Origin: Halocafeteria seosinensis
Lineage: Eukaryota
DNA length: 21,723 nt
Direction of reading: 5' to 3'
Assembly: GCA_001687465.1 (NCBI GenBank)
Contig: LVLI01000094.1
Span: 124,001-145,723 of the forward strand
Shown piece by piece: positions 9,950-18,732 of this stretch (positions are counted from its first letter, which is position 1; every line of letters begins with the position of its first letter). The position numbers were made by a program, and so were the translations under genes. Under the pieces are notes generated by a model. It worked only from the letters and a program-made list of their open reading frames with translations. It did not search any database and was not told the DNA's origin.

Positions 9950-10389
9950 GTACGTGTTACGCGGATTTAGAACGGTCCTCATCTGGGAGCTACTTTCTCC
10001 TTGTCCACGCTATATACGCTATTTTGGCTCAATTTGAGGACCCATTTCCGTTGATTAGGATGCGGAAGAACGTTGATTACGGGTTATGGTTCAATATGGG
10101 ACTCATATTGCGTTACAAATGGGGATTTGGAAGGGGTAACCAGCAAAGATCGCCCGTTTGTTCTGTGTTTCTTGGCCCCATTTCTATGCTTGTATGCAAT
10201 ATCCTGAGGTGTTTTCGGAAGAACTTTAGCAAGATTATCAAATTTGCGGAGATGTCGCTGTATATGAACCGCAATCTCGGGGTTGTTGGGAAAAGATACC
10301 TCAGTGAACCAGGGGACATTCAGCCTACCCGCAGATTCCACCCTCGTTCAACTTCATGCTCATTCTTTGGCTTGCTTATTTCTTTACAG
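9950..10389 (+). other. Putative 440-nt structured 5'-UTR intron of the 4-TM gene
   Basis: Donor AAG|GTACGT at 9950 (the same hexamer is used by other introns here). A pyrimidine-rich tract ends TTTACAG at 10389, 41 nt before the ATG at 10431. Several long internal helices are present. Confidence 0.7.
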
Positions 10390-10430
10390 GGTAGTATTAA
10401 CATTTTTATTCTTCACCAAGAACAGAAGAG

Positions 10431-11064
10431 ATGCAGAAATTCCAAGAGAATGTTAACAACCTCTTGAAGGACCGCATGCGGGTGCTGTGGTACACCTGGA
10501 TTGTCATGCTGGTATGTTTATCACTGTTTGGCCTCATAATCGAACGACGGGTGTTAATCAATTTGTTGTTTGCAGGTCTTTATTGTGTGCTTCATCATCA
10601 GTGGCTTTGTAGCCGCCTCGGACGCTGATAGCAAATCCTTCTCATTCGCTGTGGTATGGTTAGCATTGATAGCCGCTGGATACAGCATTGGGGGTTCTCT
10701 ACTACTAAGAAAAGTTGGATTCCAAACTCCGCTTGCACTGGGAATGATGATAGGAGTGACCTTCATGATGGCCATGCAAATGATCACTCTTGCGGTGCTA
10801 GCCATAGGAAATGCTGGTGATGTCGAGGGTGGTACCTCACCGAGCGAAGACGCTGTGGGAGCATTTACAATCCTCCTTTTTATTGTGTTGCTCGTGATGA
10901 ACGTTATGTTGGTGATGTTCAGGAGCACTCTACTCCCCCCTGACAGCATGGCCAGCCAAGACACGCATGTCCCACCGGGTGAGGGATACCCTGGAGAATA
11001 CTCAGGGCAAGGAACGGATACCAGCGAGGTCAACGTGGAATCCGAAGGAGGTAATGTGATGTAA
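10431..11064 (+). CDS. Uncharacterised 189-aa four-transmembrane protein; exons 10431-10511, 10576-11064
   Basis: Intron 10512-10575 (GTATGT..TTGCAG, 64 nt, phase 0). Four hydrophobic segments (VLWYTWIVMLVFIVCFIISGFVAA; FSFAVVWLALIAAGYSIGGSLLL; LALGMMIGVTFMMAMQMITLAVLAI; AVGAFTILLFIVLLVMNVMLVMF) and an acidic tail. Confidence 0.88.
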
Positions 11065-11107
11065 ATTCAAAAATCATATGTTATTAGTTGGGGCTTTTCA
11101 TCGGCAT

Positions 11108-12128
11108 TTAACATTTCTTAAAGTTGAAGCCGCAAATGAATGAAACAATGAAGTAAATCACTACCAGGACGATGAAAATGATAAGCAGCGTTATTTTCAC
11201 GTTTTTCCACCACATGTGATTCCTCAAGTTCCGACTCTGTTTATGGAACTTATTCGCCGTGTTCGATAGGTGCTCAGTCTTGTCAACTAGTAGTTCAATT
11301 TTCTCGCCTCGGTCCAAGACCTTGTCTGTAATGATTCATAAGAGAAAAACAAGCCCATGCTATGGTGCTCTCCACAAAGGACCACCAACTTAGAGCGGAG
11401 ACATACCAATACTCTCCATTGCTACATCTCTCACTTCATTAAGCTTATAATTAATACGCGTAAATCGATCATTCTTTGGCGCATCATTGTAATAATCCTG
11501 AAACGGTCAACCATTCGATGCAAAGGAAATGAAGAAGCATATCAACCATTCTGGAAACACAGTCTGATACTTACCATACGCTCGTGAATCACACGAGAGA
11601 AATCGTTCATGGCGAAGGCAATGGCCGTATGGATCCTTTCGCCATACTGGTTCTTGAATTGCTCTTTGATATCATCCAAAAAGAGGAAAGGGATCCTTCT
11701 TTCGGCTTCGTTATCGCAGAGACACAAGTACGTTATGCCATTCTCAATAATGTAGTGGAAGACATGTCTGCGCAACGAACGCAAAAGGATGGTCGGTCAA
11801 TAAACAGATTTTACAGGGATGGAACGCCCAAAACCAGGATTTCTAATCTCCACCGTCTCCTGTGGAGCCTGTGAGGTCATTAAATGGCCCTTGAGTACAG
11901 GGTTTGACGGCAAGCTCCTTTGAGTTGCTGTAAACTCGTGTGGAGAGCCCAAGGAGACGGTTGGTTCTTGCATCCAACATACTTGTTGTACACGTAAGAT
12001 CGCTTGTCATCTGTCGACGGCAACTTTGCTAGAACTACACGGGTAATGGACGGGAAGTTCCCGCCCTCTGAAGTGTACTCTGAGAGGACATGAGTCCCTC
12101 GAGCAATCACTGCGTAGAATATCGTCAT
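11108..12128 (-). CDS. VAMP7: Longin-domain R-SNARE of the VAMP7/VAMP71 family, 215 aa; exons 12128-11983, 11767-11575, 11497-11407, 11325-11108
   Basis: Longin: MTIFYAVIARGTHVLSEY..HVFHYIIENGITYLCLCD..RRIPFLFLDDIK. SNARE motif: LNEVRDVAMESIDKVLDRGEKIELLVDKTEHL..MWWKNVK, then a C-terminal TM helix. Introns are 215, 77 and 81 nt, all GT-AG and frame-preserving. Confidence 0.95.
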
Positions 12129-12619
12129 GGTTTTCGCCCTTGTACAAAGCCTTTCTACTTCATACGACACTTTTCTGTCTTATCATTCAGCTCTCAGCGG
12201 AAATGATGGTACCCTTGGGTGGGAGCATCAAATACGAAAAGACGTGAAAAACTGCATACATGTGTATACAAGCTGAAGAAGCGGATAGGATGTCCTCCCT
12301 CTTCAACCGAGGTCTTCCGGGCGCACGGCCCGGATTCTGAAGTGGACAGTGACCACTTCTTATCATACCCGGTATGGTATGGTAGTACGGTACAACCACG
12401 TATGTCAGTCACCCCGGGCAGAAGAAACGGAGTGATAGAAAGGAAGTGAAAGTGTACGGAGGCAAACTAAAATTCACGCCTAGCGACTACGGTTGTACCG
12501 GTATGCTCTAAATTCTCATACAAGTTGCATTGCATACAGCAACAACAGGAATCCATCGGAGAGGCACACGCAGTAGTTCAGTTTGATACGCATGTTATTT
12601 GGATCTTTTTGAACTCAAT

Positions 12620-12765
12620 ACGAAAGCGCAAGAGACTCGAGTTGCACTGGTTGACCCATGAATCTTCGTTCGGGGTTCTGAGCATCAGTCATTGCACTGC
12701 ACGACACACGACAAGCGATTTCAATGTTTGTTGCTTGTTGTTATAGTCTCTTTATCGTCTTCGTC
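12620..12765 (+). ncRNA. Candidate structured non-coding element in the VAMP7/METTL23 divergent intergenic region; family unknown
   Basis: Closing stem AAGAGACT 12630-12637 / AGTCTCTT 12745-12752 encloses hairpins 12643-12654/12685-12696 (11 of 12 paired) and 12709-12718/12731-12740 (10 bp, 2 GU). Confidence 0.3.
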
Positions 12766-13027
12766 GTGCTGTAAGTAGTATAATGGGACAAACAGTGGAG
12801 TTGAATAATAACGCGGAAGCTGGTTTTATTAACCCGTCGCACGACTCACACCTCTGATACATCCCAGGCTGGTTTTAAATTACAGCACAGGGTGCTTCTT
12901 CCTCCCCGTCGTTCGTAGTACCAGTGCCTGACAAAGCATTCACGCATACTAGTACGCTGTGCCCTCCTCGTCGACTCGCAGGACTGGTGGGCCATGATAA
13001 ATGGGGGCATCAACAAGGAGTTAAACG

Positions 13028-13989
13028 ATGGCCGCGAGCGAGCCTTCGACCCCGAACCAAGGTACGTACGTGGAGGAACATTTTGAACGGAGGGAATGTA
13101 ATTTCCGTGAGATCCTCTCACCCGCAGACGTAGGTGATGGAGCTGCCAAGGAAGAAAATAGACTGACTAGATGGCGCAAGGTCGTCTTCACCAATCAACG
13201 AGGCCAAGGGAGGCGACGGTTGCCTATACATAGCGCTGAAGTTTCAGTGGTTATCAAACAAGTATGTTGTACTTTCTCTGAGTATACTAATTGAATAACA
13301 TTATGCAATTGGTGCTTCAGACATACGAACTCGAGCAGCTAGGCGGATACATTTGGCCCTCAGCACTAGTGCTCGGTCAACATTTTATGAATTTAGTGGC
13401 AAGACGCAGCCCATCGTCCGATTCCTCCTACTTTGAAGGCAAGACGGTTGTGGAGTTAGGAGCCGGTTGTGGGGTACTCTCCGTGCTTTTAGACAAACTG
13501 GGTGCGCACGTTGTCTCAACAGAGGCAGCCGGGAATACCTCGCTATTAGAGCAACTGGCCCATACAAGGACACTAAATGGCAGTAACTTTGTGATCCAAA
13601 GATTAACGTGGGGAGATATGAGCTCGGACATGGTTCGATGGCTTGGGCAGCTGAACAATGTGGATTGTATCGTTGCCTCCGATGTCTTATACGATAGCAG
13701 CACCTTCGAGGACGTGCTAGCTACCTGCTCTTTATTGCTAACCTCTTACGAGCGTGCAACCATCATAACAGCCTATCATCTCCGCAATGGAAACCATACA
13801 CTTCAACCTCTACTGCAGAAATATAGGTTGCAGGCAAAAGAGCTTGCACGTTCGTCAGAAGAAGTATGTGCGGCAGAATTTGCAAGCTATACAGATTGTT
13901 GCAAATTTGTACCAAGCCGCGCAGATTTCCAAAGTTCTGATCCTGAGCTGCATGAAGTTGCTCTGTTAGAAATCACTCCCATAAAGTAA
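13028..13989 (+). CDS. METTL23: Seven-beta-strand protein methyltransferase (Methyltransf_16 family), METTL23-like, ~300 aa; exons 13028-13261, 13321-13989
   Basis: GGYIWPSALVL, motif I VVELGAGCG, LTWG, DCIVASDVLYDSSTFEDVLAT and YHLRNGNHTLQPLL match the METTL23 pattern. Intron 13262-13320 (GTATGT..TTCAG, 59 nt). Start codon and exact orthology are less certain than the family. Confidence 0.8.
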
Positions 13990-14043
13990 ATCCGATACGC
14001 ATCTTCCCTTCCCGAAACACATTACAACGTCCTAGATCCGCTC

Positions 14044-17000
14044 CTAGTACTCATCTTCTTCGTCATTATCACTCATAGAAGGATAGCGTCCTGACTGCTG
14101 CTGCTGCTGTCGATCCTTAAGCCGTTGTCGCAACTCATCCATTTCTTTCTGCTGAGATATTCTACCGTGCGACGCAGAGACCGCTAGTGAGTTCGCGTGA
14201 TCCTGGAGTTTACGCAACAACTCCTCTGTAATTGCCCGTTCTTCATCAACCAAAGCCTGCCTCTTCTCATCTGCCTTCCGCAGATTCTCAAGCTCGCGTT
14301 TCATGCTCTCGTGCTCTTGTTCATATGTAGACTGACGTTCTCGGCTAGCTTCGAATAGTCGATGCATCTCAGCTCGGCTATCTGCCAATTCCGTTTTGTA
14401 AATTTTTTCCCTTTCTTCAAACTTCTTCTCCCATTTCCTTCTCTCCTTTGCAATCTTTGCCTCTATCTCGCTTTGCTTCTGATTTTGTTCCTCACTCCTT
14501 TGAGAGAGTTCCTCGATTAGTTTTCTCTCTTTGTCTGCCAGAGATTGCTCTCGTTGTAGCGTCTCTTCTCTAACCGAGCGAAGAGTTTCCCGCAACTCTT
14601 CCAATTCCTGCATGGCTAAGTTTTCTTTGTCTTCAGCTGCTTTAGTTGCTGTCTCTAGTTCCCTATTAGCTCGCTCTGACTCTTGTTGAGCTTCCCCGAG
14701 ACGGGTACGCAAGGAATTGACTTCTTCGCCAGTTAGTTGTTTGATCAACTTGTTTTGCTCATCAAAATAGTGCTTACACTCACTCCATTCTGCTATCCGT
14801 TTGTCAATTTCCTCTTTAGAATCCTTCACAGTCGATGAGTAAGAGGCGTGAATGCTCTCCGCCGTGCTAGCCATGTTAGTGCACTTCGACTCTACAATCT
14901 CCAATGCTTCTGTCTTCGCTTGATGAAATTCTTCAATACTTTGTTTTTGTGTTTTCAACAGGTCACCAGAAGCTTCCTTATACGACTCAATCACCCTTTC
15001 GCCAGAATCCACGATCTTTTGGAGGCTCTCCGACCGTTGTTGCACATCATCCATTATTCGGCGAAGGCTCTCTCTTTCTTTATTGTTAAAAGACTCTGCT
15101 TCTTCAGTACGCCGCTCTAAACGAGCTGTATAATCCATCCACGATTTTAGCTCATCGGAGTATTGTTGTTTAAACCTTTCCGTTTCTTCCTGGAGCTTTC
15201 GAAAGGAGGTATTGAGTTCGCCAGAGCGCTTAGACAGCATTTCTGAAACTGCTTCAGCTTCCTCATGGAGAGCTTTTTGCTCTTCCGCAAACTTCGACAT
15301 TTCCCGAGTATCTTTACTCAAGAAGCCATTCAGCTGCTCGACCCGCTCTCGGAGAAGCCGATTATCTTCTCTGAGCTCGTCAAGTTGCACCTGAAGTGCT
15401 TGCTCATTGTGTTCCCACTGTTCACGTTCAAGGCGATGATTCTCTCTCTCGGTCTCGGCGTTCTCTCTGCTCTTCTCAAGATCACCTTCCAACTGTTGAA
15501 TCCGTGCTGAGTTCCGCCTCTCAGCTTCTTCCTTCTCCTTCTTAACTGACTGAAGCTCCTGATGTATCTGCTCGTTTCGTTGCTTGAGCGATTCATATTT
15601 GGCTTTCCATCGGTTTTCAGCTGCCTCTACAGCTTCCTCGCGCCGCTGCTGCTCCTTGTTGAGAGCCGATTGTAACTCGGTTGCGTGTTTCTCCGCCGTT
15701 TCCACCCGAGAAAGCAGCTCGGATTGCAGTTCGTTATATCTAGCTTCTACTTCATTGATTCTTCTACTTGAATTGTCCAAATTTTGTGTCCGTAGCTTCA
15801 TATTTTCTTGCTCTTGATACTGGGAATTCTGTAGATCTTCGGTTAGTTTTTCATTCGATTCGCGTAGATGTTTCACAGTATTGTCACGATCCAACAGAAG
15901 GTCATAGTTTCGTTTCTCAACTTCACTTAGCCGCGCACGCATGTCATTGATTTCATTGTTACTTTCATCACTGAGAGTTTGTAAACGGTTAAACTCTTCT
16001 TTCTGCTTGGTTTGGGCTTCCAAACGGGAGACGTCCAACTGAGAAAAACGTGTGTTTGCCTCATCTAGAAGTCTATGCAGTTTTTCAAGTCGCTGACCAT
16101 GATTATCAAACGAACTGTTGAGTTCCTCTTTGAGTTTACCAGCACTTGAATTTATTTTATCAACAATCTGGTCGCCGTTGGACTGTATATCCTGCAATAA
16201 GCCGCTAAGGGCATTAACCGTTCCAGAAAACTTGTTCCATTGTTCACTATAAGAACGGTTGAGCTGTTCAAAATTGTTGATAGAGTTGTCTGAATATTGG
16301 GAGAACGCCTCTTGTAACTGTTGCAGGCTTTGTTCACGTCCCTGGTAAATTTCCGTTGCTGTCGACTTCAATGTATCCATTATAGATTCCCGGTATCTGG
16401 CACTTTCATCTCGCTTACGCAAGTCCTCCTCCAGTTTCTCAACGTCTTGCAATCTCAACGTCTCTACCTCTTTGTGGGAACTCAGGGCCTCCTCCAATCG
16501 CTCCTCTAAGCGTCTGCATTTTGCCCGTAACCTCTTAAAATCGGAAGCGCTTCCTTCGACAGAATCTCTCGACAACGCCTCTACTTGTTCTTGTAGTTCA
16601 CGAATTTCAGCTTTCATTTTGTCCGTCCTTTGAGTAGATGATTTCGTTACGTGAATCAGCTGGTTTTCAAGGGCTTGCTTCTCTTCGTTAGCAACTCTTT
16701 CCTTCGTCGCCATGAGCTCTCGAAGCTGGAGTAGTTGCTCTCGCAAAGCCGAGAGATATGATCCGGTTTTCTGGATCCTCTGAACGTCCTCACCTCCTTC
16801 AGAAGTTGGTATTTTCTCCAGAACTGAGAACTTATATTGAGCTTCTTTGTTTTCCTTCAGTCTCATCACCTCCTCCATGATGTCGGCCCGGAGTTCTGAT
16901 ATAGCAGCATCTCTCTCTTGTATGCCGTTGGAGGCCTCTTCCAACTTTCGTCGCAAATACTCGATATCATCAGTGTTGGAATAGTCCACCTGGGCGACGC

Positions 17001-18212
17001 TAAACCCATTGTCCTGCGAGACAATAGCGGAAGGACGCTTCTTTTGTTTACGTAGTAGTTCAATTTGACGATTCGCATCTCCTAGCTGTTTTCTTAGAGC
17101 CTCAACTTCACTATCTCGCTCCTGTAACATTATGTTTAATATGCTGGGGTGAGATCCGGCAACTCATTCTCAAAGACCACCAACTTACTTCGTCCTTTCT
17201 CGACTCGGGTGCTGCCCCTGAATTTGTCTCGGCTTCATATAAAGCATCTTTTAAGGAGTTAATTTGTTTCACGGCATCTTCATACTGCTGCTCCGCCGTT
17301 TCGGCTCTTTTCGTTGCCTCTTCAAAATTCTGGGTCCGCGGCAAAAGAAATAAAAGCAATGGGCCTTTTCCTATAGACGTATTCCTCCGACTTACATTTC
17401 TCCAGTGTTCGACGCTCTTTGATTGAGTGCTCCTCTCCTGCTCAGAAATATTGATGGTCTCGGGAGAGAGCTCCTGCTGAGCTATCTCGATAAACTCTCG
17501 TTGCTTTTCCTGTTGCGATAAACCAGCGTTCCATAAATAGCTCAATCAATTACAGAAGCACTTCAATGCTGCATTTTCTTCATTACGTACTTCCAGATCA
17601 CCAATGTATTCGGCTTGACTCCGGCAAATAAATTTCAATCTGCGGTAGTTCTCTAACTGCATCGAATACGACATGTATTTCGCCAAGAATCTGGAGTTTC
17701 AATCCACAAAAAACCATACGTACAAATTTATCGTAGGCGGGAAGAGACGATTCCGTTGCAGGTGTCCGAAGAGACTGATAATCCGCAGGCCCCGAGTTAG
17801 AGGGCACCAACGCCACTTCCTGTTGCTGCCGGTGGTGGTAGTTGTGGCGACCACTTCTTTCCCCTTGTTCTTCGGGGTGGGATCGCTCTTCAATGGAGCC
17901 CAGGTAGGAGTATTCATCGATGGAATCGTTCTCCGGCTGTTGGGAGCCTTGTGCACTTGAAACTGAAGATGCTCTGGAAGTTTGTGACGGTTGGCCTCCT
18001 CCAGTTCGCAGTGCTGAAGGAGGACGAGCTCGTTGCTGCGTTTGCGTAACATGACGCCGCGCGCTGCTTTGGGAGGGAGTCTCCACACCTTGTCGGCGTC
18101 GACCCTGCTGGCTGCCAGAGTTGTAGACAGGCCCTGAAGAGGATGCAGAGGAGAAACTATCCCGGCTCGAGGCTCCCGGAAGTCGGTTGTGGGATGCTCG
18201 AGGAAAAGACAT
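14044..18212 (-). CDS. Uncharacterised ~1295-aa long coiled-coil protein with a disordered Ser/Gln-rich N-terminus; exons 18212-17724, 17656-17591, 17509-17396, 17329-17189, 17121-14044
   Basis: A 1028-codon E/K/Q/R/L-rich heptad ORF is joined to upstream exons by four phase-0 GT-AG introns (67, 81, 66, 67 nt). No motor or ATPase motif was seen. Confidence 0.85.
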
Positions 18213-18732
18213 GCTGGTTACAGAGAAAACCACTCTCTTTTCAAGCCAGGGTGCATGGTGCGTAATTCTAGCGTACGCGCGCAATCACTGTCAATTGGAG
18301 TCGATACGACCTGAATAGCAGGGCTGTACCGAGTAAAGAAACTGGAACCGGTAAAAAGCGCGCGCTGGCTCACGACACCAAACCACGTCCTCGTAAGGGC
18401 CACGGCCATAAAAAATAGTCCACTAGCTTGTAAACGAAAAATGGATGCTTGCTGTGGAGAACTGATAGAAATACAATCGAGCGGCGTATAAGCTACGGTA
18501 CAAGTCTGATTGACACTGTTTACACGTCGCCACAAATTATCAAGCAGACAGAGGGTTTTATTTGCCATGGCTGACTATAAAAGCCCACAGTGATAAACCC
18601 ATAGTGCGTGGGCGCAGGGTACTAAACTAGGCTCAGGTATCAACGCAGTATAGGGAATTGAGATACTGCGGAAGTCCACTACACCCAACTGACCAAAGGT
18701 CCTTGTGGATACGGAACACAATGCCAAGGGGA

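Noticed and set aside
10063..10332. GGAAGAACGUUGA and AUUCAGCCUA loosely resemble RNase P CR-I and CR-V
   Set aside because: Spacing and sequence deviate from the eukaryotic P4 consensus, and I could not build P2/P3 correctly. This is left to a covariance-model search.
10024..10467. 147-codon ORF upstream of the 4-TM gene
   Set aside because: It has no recognisable protein features, lies in the inferred leader intron, and overlaps the real CDS out of frame. At most it is a uORF on intron retention.
14044..17130. Long coiled coil near a condensin gene, possibly an SMC subunit or motor protein
   Set aside because: No Walker A/B, hinge, myosin or kinesin motifs occur in the spliced product.
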